Position numbers and translations under genes: made by a program. Below the pieces are notes generated by a model. It had not been told where the DNA came from and ran no database searches. It saw only the letters and a program-made list of their open reading frames with translations. This document shows, piece after piece, positions 37,465-52,694 of a DNA stretch of 64,000 bases. Positions within the stretch are counted from its first letter, which is position 1. Each line of letters starts with the position of its first letter. This DNA is from Octopus sinensis (Eukaryota). The stretch is from positions 1 through 64,000 of the forward strand of contig NW_021830468.1 in NCBI RefSeq assembly GCF_006345805.1, written 5' to 3'.

Positions 37465-37855
37465 CGGTATAAGCTTTAATATAACGCTTGAGAGGCGGTT
37501 GGATGGAACCTACACTCGCCTCCTTATGAGAGCTCAAAATCTCTCGTGGAAGCGCCATCCAACCAAAATGCAAATATATGGGAAACTACCACCTGTGTCA
37601 TCTCTTGTGAAAGGTAAGAGAGTCCAGTTTACTGGACATTGTTGTAGAGCTGAAAAAGAGGTAATTTCTACTTTTCTCCTCTGGAAGCCATCTACTCACA
37701 ATACCAGAGGGCGCACACTCTCCTACCCTGATGTAATCTCCAGGGATACAGGCATCCAGCAACAAGACCTCCGTAATGCTATGATGGACCGTGAAGTCTG
37801 GCACAGCATAGTAAACTCCATTGTCTCGACCACGGTCGAACAATGATGATGATAA
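37465..37855 (+). mobile_element. RTE-clade LINE 3' fragment
   Basis: LERRLDGTYTRLLMRAQNLSWKRH...QFTGHCCR...LLWKP...RGRTLSYPDVISRDTG...AMMDREVW, followed by a (TGA)n tail. Confidence 0.85.
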
Positions 37856-38149
37856 TATAACGCGATAGGCGAACCGCGATAAGCGAACCGCGATAGGCGA
37901 ACCGTGATAGGGCGGGGGATTATTGCATATGTAAACATAAAAAAGTGTTAAGCGCCAGTTTATACATCATTCGTCGCCTGTAAACGTTCCATCATTGCAG
38001 TTATTTCCTTTCTCTGCAGCGGATGGTCCAAGTGCAAGCTGATGTTGAACCACAACAATTTATCAAGCTAATAATATGTATTGCATTATGTTACACGAAT
38101 CAAATGTTTGTATGTACGTAGTTATGCGTGGGTATCAAATTTTGGCTCA

Positions 38150-38733
38150 AGGCCAATAAGTTTGGAGAAGTGGGTAAGGTGATTACTGTGACCCCAGCAT
38201 TCACCTGGTACTTATTTTACGTACCCCGAATGCATAAAAGGCAAAGTCAATCTCGGCGGAATTCGATCTTAGATCTTAAAGACGGACGAAATCCCGCTAA
38301 GCATTTTTCCCAGCGTGCTAACCATTCTGCCAGCTCACTGCCTTATGTCGCCGTCGTCGTGGCACTCTGTTGGTTGCGACGACGAGGGTTCCAGGTTGAT
38401 CCGATCAACGGAAGAGCCTGCTCGTGAAATGAAATTGCAAGTGGCTGAGCACTCCACAGACACGTGTACCTTTAACGTAGGTCTCGGGAGAGATTCAGTG
38501 TGACACAGAGTGTGACAAGGCCGGCCCCTTCTAAATACAGGTACAACAGAAACAGGAAGAAAGAGTGAGAGAAAGTTGTGGTTAAAGAGTACAGCAGGGA
38601 TCACCCCTCCCTCCCTGCCGGAGTCTCGAGGAGCGTTAGGTGTTTTCGCTCAATAAACACTCACAACGCCCGGTTTTGGAATCTAAACCGCGTTCCCACG
38701 ACCGCAAGTCCGCTGCCCTAACCACTGGGCCAG
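38150..38733 (-). mobile_element. Diverged Meta-like SINE (38150-38345) and a family 3-type SINE (38358-38733)
   Basis: Reverse-complement heads and tails are recognisable; head tggcccagtggttaggg. Confidence 0.7.
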
Positions 38734-38757
38734 CCATTGGGCCTCTACGATGCTTTA

Positions 38758-39130
38758 TCTCTCTCTATATAAACGGCAAAATGTCTGTGTGTGTGTGTGT
38801 GCGTGTCCTTTATACAAATCCACAATTTTTCAGTTAGAGGGCTCGCACTTTCTATGGTCATTCAAAACCGTCCAAGGGTGGTCGTGCACATCTTTACATT
38901 TCCCCAGTCACCCAAAAAGCCATTAAAAAAATCAATAGAAGTGACTTTTTGTGAATTTTCTATCCAAAACCCAATCAAAATGCCCGAAACTTGATACGCC
39001 AATTGAACGCCAGCTAGCTGTATGTGATTAGTCGGAGATTTGGACAGTACTCAAGTGTATATGTGCACGCACGCAGTTGTATATGCATGCACTAGCACTA
39101 TGACCCAGCAACGCCGGGTCATAGTGCTAG
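38758..39130 (+). mobile_element. Non-autonomous Helitron
   Basis: A|TCTCTCTCTATATAAA start, perfect 16-bp hairpin actagcactatgaccc/gggtcatagtgctagt, CTAG|T end. Confidence 0.85.
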
Positions 39131-39244
39131 TTTATGTATATATTATCAAGATAAAACATTTCATAGCTTTCTTCTTTATTTTACAATCTATATTTTGTGC
39201 ACCTTTTAAATATTTGTTTCAAGCCTTAGTTTATCTACCTTACT

Positions 39245-39301
<57 letters not shown>

Positions 39302-39794
39302 GACGTGTGCGCGTGTGTTTGTTTAGTCATACAAACCACAAAACGTGCTTTGTGTTTTTATCACTGAAATCCAGAATTTTAAAGAAAATTTTTGAATTGT
39401 GTCCGATATATTACACCGTGAACCTCGGAGTACTTGAAGGCGAAACTCCCAGGAATATTTACTCTTATTGTTAGAGATAGCTCTGCCCTATTTATTGAGT
39501 ACTTTTTCTCTGTTTGTAGACGCACACTCTCTCACATGTACGCACACATACACACATACACGCGCACACACACACACACACACATACACATATGCATATA
39601 TTCGCATACGCGCACGCACAAATACTTACACGCACATACATACACATGCATACGTAAATGGATACATACATACAGTGACAAGAATTCTGGCACGAACACA
39701 CACACACACACACGCATGCATATATTATGCGGTGGGTTGTGTGTATGTAGGTGTGCGTGTGTTTTAGCAAGCATGAATGTGTATGTGTGTGAGC

Positions 39795-39833
<39 letters not shown>

Positions 39834-40653
39834 CATGTATTAAGTGACAGAAATGAAAACGTTACAATGCAACACAAACCAAAACAAAGCACAATTAAAC
39901 AGAACGACGTCGCTCCACCCATGCCGCTCACCCACCCCTTGCCTCCACCTACCCCCTACTTCCTTCTCTCTCTCTCTCTCTCTCTCCTCACCTTCTTCAT
40001 CACCTTCTCATCCTCACATCTCTCTCACTTTATCCCAACCTCAAGCCCACACCAAAGTCCTCCGCCCCCGCACCTCCAACTGTCCTCCACCTATTCCTCC
40101 GCTCCCCCCCTCCGATTACACCACGCCCTTCCCCTACCACCACCACCACCATCGCCACCACCGCCACCACCACCACCACCACCACCACCACCACCACCAC
40201 CGCCGCCACCACCTTTTTTCTAATAATATTGATGCCACCAAATACCAATCTATGATTGTTCTCACTCTGAAAGAATTAAAAGATTTTTCTCAATATCGCA
40301 AAGCGGATCCCTTCATTTTTGTTAAACCCCTACAAGCAATCTCACATTGATTTCTACGTCGCAGAACATCATCCCCTACGCCTCCCCCTACATCACCCTC
40401 TCCCGCTCCCTGCCTTTCTTTTCCCAGGTTTTCTCTTCCTATTGTTGTTGTCGTTGTTATGGTTGTTATTATTAATTTCATAGGTTGTCTTCCACCATTT
40501 TGTGTGTATCTTTAATTTTCGCTCTTTCTTCATGGCTTTCGTTTTCTGTAAGGTTTTTGTTAACGATCCTGTTGTTGTTGCTGTTGTTGTTGTTGGTTTG
40601 TGTTGGTTTGCTGTTCCTATTTACTCTTGGTTACAAATTTTTGATCGTTTACG

Positions 40654-40654
<1 letters not shown>

Positions 40655-40725
<71 letters not shown>

Positions 40726-41400
40726 TCTCTTATTCTTACACACTGACACACACTGACACACACACACACACACTATCTCTTATTCTTATACACTCACACA
40801 CATGCACGCATACACACACACACACTCACACACACTCACACACACACACCCTATCTCTTATTCTTACACACTCACACACATGCACGCATACACACACACA
40901 CTCACACACACACACACACACACTATCTCTTATTCTTACACACTCACACACACTCACACACAATCACACACACACACACTATCTCTTATTCTTACACACT
41001 CACACACATGCACGCACACACACACACACTCACACACACTCACACACACACACACTCACACACACACAACATGTCTTACTCTTACACACTCACACACATG
41101 CACACACATTCACACTCACACACATACTCACCCACATGCACACACACACACTAATACACACAATCTCTTACTCTTACACACACACTCACGCGCACACACG
41201 CACTCACATTCACACACTCACACACATGCACACACATACACACTCACACACACTCACACACATGCGCACTCACACACGCACACACGCGCACACACACGCT
41301 CATACATGCGTACACACATACTGAAGCACCTTTCTCTCCCATACACACATACACACACACACATATGAACGCACTCAAACACTCCAACACACACACAGTC

Positions 41401-41432
<32 letters not shown>

Positions 41433-41600
41433 TTTCACTCACACACATATAAGCGCACATACATATACAGACAAACACACACTGTCTCCCACACTCACAT
41501 TCTCTCTCCCTCCTTCGTCTCACACACACACACATAGATACATACACATACTCACACACATACACACACACGCACATACATACATAAATACACACACACA
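40655..41600. repeat. (CA)n tract with repeated cactatctcttattcttacacactc units
   Basis: About five to six interspersed copies of the unit. Confidence 0.9.
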
Positions 41601-42419
41601 CACCCACCCACTTGCATTTGTTTTACTTTTCCGAATATTGTCTTTTTTTTTACTTTTTGTCGTTTTTACAGTTAGATTTTTTCTTTGTTTTTTTTTTTGT
41701 CATGCATTTTTCGGCAAATACACACACACACACACACACACACTCCCCCCCTATTTGTTCCTTGTCATTTTTCTTGCTTCTTTAACTCTTACTTTCTTCA
41801 GATCAACGTTAATTAAATCTAATTGAAAAGAGAACAAAAGAAATTACAAGCTAAACTGTTTGCCCCAGGCTAGGATTGAACACGCAACGTAGCTTTTACT
41901 GATTTGTCGTGCAATTTTTATCTCTTTCTCTCTTCACTTCAATACCAAAAATCTTTGTGACTTTTTTTTGTTTAGCGTATATACATATATATGCGTCTGT
42001 CTGTCTTTCTTTAATTGTCTCTTCCTCACTATGTATATGCGTGTGTATATGCGTGTGTGTGTTAGAAAAAATGTATATATGTATGAACAAATGTGCGTGC
42101 GCGTGTGTGTGTATGTATATGCGTATATATGTGTCTGTGTGTATCTATGTTTCTTTCTCTCTTGATGTATGTATGTATGTATGTGTGTACGTGAAACCAC
42201 ATGTATGTGTGCGCGCGCGTATGCGTGCCCATGTGTGTATGCGCGCGTGTATGTATGTGTGTGCGTAGTTCTGAATCTGTATATGGCCAGATGTGTAACG
42301 TGTGTATAATTTTCATATGATTATATGTATACGTGTGTTCATATTTGTGAAAAATTCGTGCATGCATTTATTTATACATGCATACAGAACTATATATGCA
42401 TGCATGCCTGCATGCCTGT

Positions 42420-43310
<891 letters not shown>

Positions 43311-43779
43311 ATCATTGTATAAAGGTGTGTTCGTTCGCGCCTGATCATTATATCGTCACGTCATTCACATAATTTATATAATTGTCTGTTAGTCTGTTAT
43401 ATCTGGCTAACTAGCTATCAAGCTAACAAGCTATATACCCTCTCCCTCTCTATCGATATGTATGTGGTGTGTGTGAGAGGGAGAGCGAGAGAGTGAGAGA
43501 GAAACAGACAGACAGACAGACAGATAGATAGATAGATAGATAGACAGGCAGAAAGAGGTGGTATTTATATGTGCCTGCGTGTGGCTGGTTATGAAGCAAT
43601 ATGACAGTATATTTGCTTAAAACTCATTCCCTCTCTGACACTTCGACTTATATACGGAAGCAGAGAAACAACCTTTTTTCAAAACACATCATTAATTAAT
43701 TATGTCTTCGTGTTTGCTTAAGTATGTATCTGTCTGTCTGTCATCTATCTATCTACCTATCGATCTAATGTATCCATCA

Positions 43780-43849
<70 letters not shown>

Positions 43850-44077
43850 ATCTATGTCTGTCTGTTTGTCTATCTATCTATGTTTGTGTGTGCGTGCGTG
43901 TGCATGTGTGAACGTGTGTTGGTGCGTGTTTACGTGTCTGTGTATTTAGCTCGATAGATAATCAATCTATTTAGCTAATTAGTAATCCGTCACCCTCTTG
44001 CCCCCTTTCTCTTCCAGTATATATACATATATACATATATATCTATATATCTATATATCTATATATCTATATCTATC

Positions 44078-44149
<72 letters not shown>

Positions 44150-44150
<1 letters not shown>

Positions 44151-44400
44151 TAGAAATTGAGAAAGTCAAATACACACGCTTTCATCGTTTTAATATAATT
44201 TTTAATATATCGACCGTTTTCGCTTTCGGTAAAACTAGATTCACTTGTGCCTCTGAGAACCTAATTTATGTAATAACCTGCTCGGGGAGTGGACACAACT
44301 ATATTGGACAGACAAGTATGACCTTGAGATGGAGAACCACTCTACATAAAGAGTAAATCCGTTTCCCGCAATACAGGCAAATTTCTCTACGTATATATGC
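44150..44400 (+). mobile_element. PLE GIY-YIG endonuclease fragment
   Basis: FTCASENLIYVITCSGSGHNYIGQTSMTLRWRTTLHKE*IRFPQYRQ is a GIY-YIG motif with CxxC. Confidence 0.8.
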
Positions 44401-45716
44401 GTTTGTTTGCATTAATCTTTTTCGACAGAATTTTATTTACCGCAGTAGCCTCCATTTGTTTCAACCATTATTTTGCATTATTATATTATTGCTTTACAAA
44501 AGAATTCCTTCCATGTTTATCAAGTTTTTCGGCAAAACGTTTCGCACAAAAAGGTATTTTTCTTAATTTCGTGAGATGTTTATATCAATTATTATTACGC
44601 TCACCGGTAGTTAAATATACACGAATAGAAAACAACTGACTAACATACATACATCCATTCTTCCTTCCATCGAAGCTTTCATCCATCAGTTCATCTGTCC
44701 ATACACAGACATACTGTCAGACAGATAGACGGACATACTTAGATACATATACATTTGTATACATACACACTTACATATGTATACAAATACACACGCATAT
44801 ATCATACATAGCGTACGTATGCATGTATATACTTGTACCTATGTAAACATATACATACGCACAAAATATATGCATACATACCAATATATATTGCCATACA
44901 AGCATACAGACGTATAGAAACAAATGTACATACAGACACATATACACCCGTATATTTTTATACATACTTACATACTTAAACACACATACAGGCATACATA
45001 AGCGCATGCATACATAGAATATACTCGCGTACATACATAAGTACATAGAAGGATAAATACGCACGTTCGTAAATACATACACACATACATTCATACTTAT
45101 ACACATGTATGCATATGTGCATACGTACACACATGTATACATACGCAGATACATATCATATATGTGTGTATATACATTCATATATACACACATATATGCG
45201 TACATACAAGCACACAGTGCCACCATACGCACTCATGTGAGTACATGCGTGCATATCTACAGGATGCTTTAACTCACGTGTCTTCAGAGAATCCTAGTTA
45301 GCCCCACGATGCGGGTCCTGTACATTTATAGTTAACTTTAGCGAACGACAATAAATTTTCAATAAGGAGAGCGCATGCGAAAGAGAAAGATGAAAGTTTA
45401 AGTTGAAAGAAATGAAACAATTTTAAAAGAAATGGCGGAAAACACGTGATGACACAGCAGACGATAAGTTAGCAATGGAATATATGAAACGGGAGGGAAA
45501 AGAGAAAGAGAGAGACGACAGACAGACAGGGAAAAGAAGAGAGAGAGAGAGATCGAGTGAGTGAGTGAAAGAGTGAAAAGGGCAAAAATCTCCAGGACAC
45601 GATATAAATTCAAAAGTGGAAGATAGGAAGAAGGTGAAAATAAAATGAGGTTTATTTGAAGCTGGTTTTAGCATTTAATGACCTCCTTAATAGTGCTACC
45701 ATTGCTACCCTCACTA

Positions 45717-46972
45717 TTAGGTTGTCAAGAAAGTTCTTGCGGAATTTTAAATTTTGGTTTTAAATGATATATTTTCAAATTAATTTTCGTTAAATTACTT
45801 TGACTTTATATATCATTTTAAAGCCCGTTTTTCGCTCTATCTAATCGTGTTACGTTTTTTCTTTTTGAATAATTAGGCCATTTTTCCGGAACGTTGAATA
45901 CAACATGGATAAAAAGCAAATTCGCACAATTTTCTTATTCCAGTTCAAGCTAGGCCGAAAAGCTTCTGAAACAGCTCGCGATATCAACGATGCATTTGCC
46001 CCAGGAACCACTAGTGAACGTACAGAACAATGGTGGTTCAAGAAATTACGTAGCAGTGATGAGAGTCTAGAAAATGATAAATGTAGTGGTCGGCCATCGG
46101 ATGTTGACAACGATCAACTAAGAGCCTTAGTCGAAGCCACTCCACGCACAACTGTTAGAGAGCTTGCTTCTAAATTAAACGTAGCGTATACGACAACTTC
46201 CAACCACTTGAAAGAGACTGGAAAAACAAAAATACTTGAGAAATGGGTGCCGCACGAATTGAACGGCAACCAATGAAAACGCCGTTTTGAAGTGTCGTCT
46301 TCCTTTCTTTTACGCAACAAGAACGACCCGTTTCTCGACCGGATTGTGACTTGCAATGAAAAGTGGATTCTTTACGACAACCAGTGACGCACAGCTCGGT
46401 GGTTGCACTTCCCGAAGCCAAAGTTGCACCAAAAGAAGGTCATGGTGACCGTTTGGTGGTTTGCGGCCGGTCTCATCCATCACAGCTATTTGGATCCACA
46501 CGAAACTGTTACGGCGGAGAAGTACTCTCAGCAAATGGATGAAATGCATAAGAAACTCCCACAACAGCCAGCATTGGTCAATAGAAAAGGACCAATTCTT
46601 CTCCACGACAACGCTCGGTCGCACGTCGCACAACTGACCTAGCAGAAGTTGAACGGATTGGGCTACGAAACTCTGCCTCATCCACCATACTCATCAGACC
46701 TCTCACCTACCGACTACCACTCTTTAAAGCATCTTGACAACTTCTTGCATGAGAAAGGCTTCAAAAACCAAGACGATGCCAAACACACCTTGAACGACTT
46801 CAACGCCACCAGAACACAGGATTTTTATGCTAATGACATAAATAAACTTGTTTCGCGTTGGCAAAAGTGTGTTGATTCTGATGGAGTTTATTTCGATTAA
46901 TAAAGTTTTGTTTGAGATATGTGCATATGAATTTAAAGGTTAAAAACCGCAAGAACTTTCTTGACAACCTAA
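45717..46972 (+). mobile_element. Full-length mariner (Hsmar1/cecropia-like) with inactivated transposase
   Basis: TA|ttaggttgtcaagaaagttcttgcgg...ccgcaagaactttcttgacaacctaa|TA. The ORF from 45905 includes WVPHEL, LLHDNAR and HPPYSSDLSPTDY, with stops and frameshifts. Confidence 0.95.
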
Positions 46973-47186
46973 TAGATTGCAATGTGTATGTAAGTATGGT
47001 TTCGCGCACACACACACACTTTCATTCACACACACGCACATCACACACACACACATACTCAAGCAAGATTGTATGTGTATATATATATATATATAATTAT
47101 ACATTATATATATATACACGTATACACATATGTTTGTATATAGGCACAGGCATGGCATGTGGCAAGAAGCTTGCTTCCGGTTCCGG

Positions 47187-49008
47187 TCATTTAGTTCTCT
47201 TCTTGACACCGTTGAAGTCGTCACGCAGGTGTGCAGCGGACGATAGTTGAATTGAAAGACGCTCTACCGTAAGGTAAGACTTTTTGCTCTTTGAGTCCAG
47301 TAGGATTTGTTGCCTGTAGGTTTTATTTTTTGTACAAGCAAGGAGTCCTTACCGGATTCGGAGCTTTTTGTCTGCCGAGGTAGAGACGTAAGTGTGTTTT
47401 CTCACACAATTGTGAGAAATTGTTTTTGAAAATGTAATTCTCTGTGGATTATACAAAGGCCAGGAGTACCTTTCGGCCGAAAATTATTTTCTTTGCCATC
47501 ATTTGAACTCTTCTTCCTACCTATCATTTAGTTGAAACCAAAAACTTTATTGAACTGTTATTTTTTTTTTTTTTCTTCCCTTCTGTTGTGTCTTTCTTTT
47601 TTTTGTGTGTATCTTTCTTCATTTTTAACTCTATTGTGAACTGTATTTGAACTTTTTTTTAAATGGCAAACGAATTATTAGTGTGGGAATTGACACCTCC
47701 CAAATCATGGCTAAAAGAGCTCGAAAGGAAGACGGTGATGTTGAGGACTTATTCAAAATCGCTCGATACCATAACCGTCTTCCCGAAAGCCACGATTCTG
47801 AAAGAGCTGGCAGAATACATGCCAGCTATTAAATTTATTTCACGGGGAGTCAAATATGAAACTCTCTGGTTGCTATTTGACTCCCCCCAAGAAGCTTGCG
47901 AATTTGCAAGGCGGCCCCTGGAGGGCAATGAAATTATGTTCCTTCCCAGTTATTGTGGGAAGAAGTTGAGGACTTGGGTCTGCGGTTTGCCACCCGGAAT
48001 TGAGCCCGAGTGGATAGAGGATTCTCTCCGCCGGGGTCTGGATGGTAGCAGTACCAAGCTGCTCAACGTAAAAACTTTGCCTGCGGCTGATTGGGAGGGG
48101 TCAAAAGCTGTTTTGACCCTATGGACCCAATCAGCCGAGAGTCTGGTTTTTCCAGATTTTTTAGGATGGCCGGGTCTAGGTATCCGATGATGCTCGAGGG
48201 ACGTCCCCCCAAGTGTCACCTATGCCTAGAAACCCGCCACATCAAGAAAAACTGCCCCAAGGACCAAACTATGGTCCTGGAGCAGTTAATAGAGGCATCA
48301 CTCCCTGTTCCCTCAATGGAGGGAGAGAAGAAGAAGGATGACGAGGAGGTTTCCACCTCCTCGAAAAAACGTAAGCAACAATGGTTGCCCACCGAAGGAC
48401 CTGAGGGCTGCGGGAGAAAGGGAGGACCTGCTGGACATAGCAAACGAACATCACCCTCCCGCGATCCAAGGGAAAAAGAAGAAAAGAAAAAAAAAAAATG
48501 GGACATTGCCAGCGTGTGCCGATGCTTCTTCGGTGGATGTGCCGCTGGAAGAGGAATTTGTGGTCCTCTTCCATAAGGGAGGGACATTAGAAAATGAGAT
48601 TGGAAAAATTGAAAGGAAGGGCCAGTGGGAGGGGCTTCTGTCCTGCATGGAGGACCCTGAGTGGCCTTCGCAGGTGACTGCGGAGGTCATATGGGATAAC
48701 GATCTGTACAGGATAATGAATTCCTTCCCAGCGGACTACTTTAGATATATGGCCAAGTGGCCCGGCTTGGAACCGACTAAATGCTTCAATGAAGCGAGGA
48801 GCCTGGCCGGATAGAAACCTTGAAGTCTTGGACGTTTGGACTCAAAAATAGTCTAGAAAATGTAAAAACTGAGAGGATTATTGCCTCGTGTGTGTGTTGT
48901 GTGTTTTTTCGTTTGGAACTATGTCAGAGATTTATCGCCTCATTGTGCTTAAAAAAGGGAAAAAAATGAATTCTGAATTATGTAAGAGGTTTATAGCCTC
49001 ATTGTGTG
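47187..49008 (+). mobile_element. ORF1-only L1/Tx1-like element (HAL1-like)
   Basis: About 475-bp leader, ORF1 at 47663-48814, about 190-bp trailer ending in (TG)n. No endonuclease or RT follows. Confidence 0.55.
47663..48814 (+). pseudogene. Gag-like ORF1 protein (~380 aa; RRM-like region, CCHC zinc knuckle, basic/acidic tail) with two frameshifts
   Basis: Three overlapping frames (47663-48190, to 48576, to 48814). EGRPPKCHLCLETRHIKKNCP is CX2CX4HX4C at 48214-48255. Confidence 0.7.
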
Positions 49009-49059
49009 TGTGTGTGTATATATGTATATATATGTATGTGTGTGTGTGTGTGTGTATTC

Positions 49060-49429
49060 GTGTGTTTGTGTGTCTGTGTTTGTCCCACCACCATCACTTG
49101 ACAACAGATGTTGGTGAGCTTACGTCCCCGTGACTTAGCAGTTCGGCAAACGTAACCGATAGAATAAGTACTAGGTTGTGGTCGATTTGTTCGACTAAAG
49201 CTGATGCTCCAGCATGGCCGCAGTGAAATGAGTAAAACAAGAAAAAGAATATATATATATGCATTTATATATATGTATTTATATATATATATTTATATAT
49301 ATGTATTTATATAATAGGCGCAGGAGTGGCTGTGTGGTAAGTAGCTTGCTAACCAGCCAGATGTTCCGGGTTCAGTCCCACTGCGTGGCATCTTGTAAGT
49401 GAAACTGAAAGAAGCCTGTCGTATATATT

Positions 49430-49461
<32 letters not shown>

Positions 49462-49705
49462 TTATATATATATATATTATCTATATATATTGTGTGTGTG
49501 TGGGTGTGTGTTGTCCCCCTAGCATTGCTTGACAACGATGCTGGTGTGTTTACGTCCCCGTCACTTAGCGGTCGGCAAAGAGACCGCTGGAATAAGTACT
49601 GGGCTTACAAAAAGAATAAGTCCCGGGGTCGAGTTGCTCGACTAAAGGCGGTGCTTCAGCATGGCCGCAGTCAAATGACTGAAACAATAAAGAGTAAAAG
49701 AGTAT
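49060..49705 (+). mobile_element. CORE-SINE tail (49060-49248) and full CORE-SINE (49317-49705)
   Basis: ggcgcaggagtggctgtgtggtaag head, ggttcagtccc B-box-like motif, internal microsatellite, tail. Confidence 0.85.
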
Positions 49706-49971
49706 GTAAATATATGTGTGTGTATGTCCATATATATATGTATGTATGTATGTATGTGTATATATATATATATATATATAATATATATATATATATATAA
49801 TATATATATATACATATTACATATATACATACATGCTTATAATAAACACATACACACATATATGTATGTATGCATGCATGTATATGTATATATATATATA
49901 TGTATATTGTTATATATATCTGTATATATATATATATATGTACATATACATATATACACGCACGCACACGT

Positions 49972-50021
<50 letters not shown>

Positions 50022-50032
50022 AGAATCACACA

Positions 50033-50916
50033 CAAAGGGTGCGGTGAATAAACTATCGTCTAAATTACGCAAAAATCAAAAATTATTACACTGACATCTC
50101 ATTTTAACGGATGTATTTATCAAAATTATATAAAAATATCTTAAAAATTTAAAGTGTAAATTTATTCAACAGAATTGCCATTAGCTTCTACCACAGCATC
50201 CCGACCTTTTCGGAATCTCCTGCAGCTCTTCTGGACAGTCTCCTTGTTTAAGTTGATGAATGCTGCCATAATCTTCGCCTTCAGTTTATCTTTGGTGTTA
50301 CAAGTTTTGTTGGTCTCTCGTTCAACTGCGCCCCACACATAATAATCAATGGGATTGCAGGGCTGGGAGATTGGTAGCCAGATGTTATGAGTGATGTGGT
50401 CGCAGAAATTCTCTAACTGACCATGTCTGGGTTCTCTTGCTTGTGTGGCATGGTGCTGAGTCCTTTTGCCACACATAGGGTCTTCCAGCAGCCACCCGCT
50501 TTACCCAGGTCAGCAATACCTCCTCCAGGCACTTGGTGTAGACGCCCGTGCTGAGTCTGAGGCCGTGTGGGAAGACGAATGGAGACAGAACGTCGCAATC
50601 GCTAGTGATCACTCCATAAAACATGATGCTGACTGGATGGTTGATTTTTGTTGTTCTCTGTACAGGTTCTCATATTGTACTGTCCTCAGATTAACACCCA
50701 AACACTCTGAAATATTCGTAACTGAGCTTCCGGTGGTAATGCCAATGTGTATAGCTTATCATTTCCAAAATGTCTAGCAGAGTGAATTACATCATGATGC
50801 CCAACCGACGGTACCTAACTGTCACTACTGTGTTGTGTAGTCGACAAAGTCCTTAAGCAATGCACATGCACGAAATTAAAAATAATAAGTAGCGACTATT
50901 TACCCTTCGCACCCTG
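50033..50916 (-). mobile_element. Internally deleted Tc1/mariner element of maT (DD37D)-like type
   Basis: TIRs agggtgcggtgaataaactatcg and cgactatttacccttcgcaccctg|TA. Minus strand reads YVWQKDSAPCHTSKRTQTW, NPIDYYVWGAVE and FRKGRDAVVEANG. Confidence 0.85.
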
Positions 50917-52056
50917 TATGTATGTATGTATGTTTGTTTCTCTGTATATATATATATATACATATATGTCTACATATATGTGTTTATATTTGTGTGTGTA
51001 TTTGTGTGTGTATTTGTGTGTGTATATTTATGCACATGTCTATGTGAGCATGACAAAATTTGGGCTTAATTATATAATACAATGTATTTTCGCAACGTAT
51101 CAAAGGAGCCTCATTTTCATTTAAGCGATTAACTTCGTGACTATCCTTCAGCCAACATCTGAAGAACAAGAAGAAACTGAACGCTAATGCATCCGTCCGT
51201 CGTACTCCAAAGTCACAACGCAAATAACACCCGTATGCTTACAGGCAATTAGTGCGCCATGTTTCAATACCAACATATTATGTAATATATTATATACACA
51301 TACATATATATATATAGATATATATATATATATATATAGATATAATATTATATATATATATATTGTATGTATGTGTATACAAACAATATGTTATAACAAT
51401 ATATACAACAAAATACGTAAGAATTAAAATAAATGATTATAAAATAGTTGACGTAAAATATAACCTGAAAAAATATATATATGTATATATATATATATGT
51501 ATATGTAAATATATATATATATATATATATCAAACATGGTAAAATACAACGAACTTCCGGTAGATTTGAAAATTGGATTTATATATGGATATTTTAAATT
51601 TTTCGTTTGTTTTATTAGCATATTTTACTCTTTTTTCATTTTCTCTTCGTTTTTTCTATTCTTATCTCTCTTTAATTCATTTCTTTCTTTAATTTTTTCT
51701 TTCTTTCTTTTTTTTTGTTCTTTCGATTTCTTTCAATTTCTCATTTTTCCTATCCTCTGTCATGAATATCCAGCGAGATGTATTTCTTTGCAATCTATTT
51801 CTCTAATTATTGTTTGTTATTGGAAACCATTAAATAAGCAAGCATGTTAACAGAGACGGAAGACTAGCGGACTAAATGAACTGTCATATTCAAACCGGAA
51901 ATCTAATTTGTTCGCATTTAGTTCTCTCCCTTTATGTCTGACATTTCTCCTCTTCTTCAAAGATTTAGGAAGCAAGTAACTCTTCTCTATCTGAGATGTT
52001 TAACTCGACAAGTATATCTGACTTTCAACATATGTTACAAAATTATTTTAGTCGTA

Positions 52057-52462
52057 GGTGCAGGGGTGGCTGTGTGGTAAGTAACTTGGTTACCAACCAC
52101 ATGGTTCCGGGTTCATTCCCACTGCGTGGCACCTTGGGCAAGTGTCTTCTACTATAGCCTCGGGCCGACCAAAGCCTTGTGAGTGGATTTGGTAGACGGA
52201 AACTAAAATAATCCCGTCGTATATAGTGTGTGTGTGCGTGTGTCTGTATACGTTTGTGTGTCTGTGTTTGGCCCCCAAACATCGTTTGGCAAACGATGGT
52301 GGTGTTTTTACGTCCCCGTCACTTAGCGGTTCGGCAGAAGGGACCGATAGAATAAGTACTAGGCTTACAAAGAATAAGTTCTGGGGTCGATTTGCTCGAC
52401 AAAAGGCGGTGCTCCAGCATGGCCGCAGTCAAATGACTGAAACAAGTAAAAGAGTAGAAGAG
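52057..52462 (+). mobile_element. Full CORE-type tRNA SINE
   Basis: Head, gtggcaccttgggcaagtgtcttctactatagcc CORE-like domain, (TG)n, tail. Confidence 0.88.
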
Positions 52463-52694
52463 TATATAACGACACATTGGCCCACACAGTAGAACGTCGG
52501 GGAAAAATTACATCGTTTACGATGCCTAACATATCTATTCCCACAAAATCTTTGTAGATTTTCCTTTTGAGGCTGCCAAAATTTGAAACCATTATTGCAA
52601 TCATTATTGAAGATGTCGCACAGTATCAAATATCGTGATGTTGTTGTTTGAAGATATTGCATGAACTGGGGTTTTATACTTTCTGTCAAGTGAA

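Larger units (their letters stand above)
33991..37925. mobile_element. Outer Tigger-like non-autonomous element hosting nested insertions
   Basis: Imperfect TIRs gaataatccctcgactatcgcggg (33991) and ccgtgatagggcgggggattattg (to 37925). Confidence 0.6.

Noticed and set aside
45905-46900. Domesticated SETMAR-like gene
   Set aside because: It has stops and frameshifts, intact TIRs with a TA TSD, and no SET domain.
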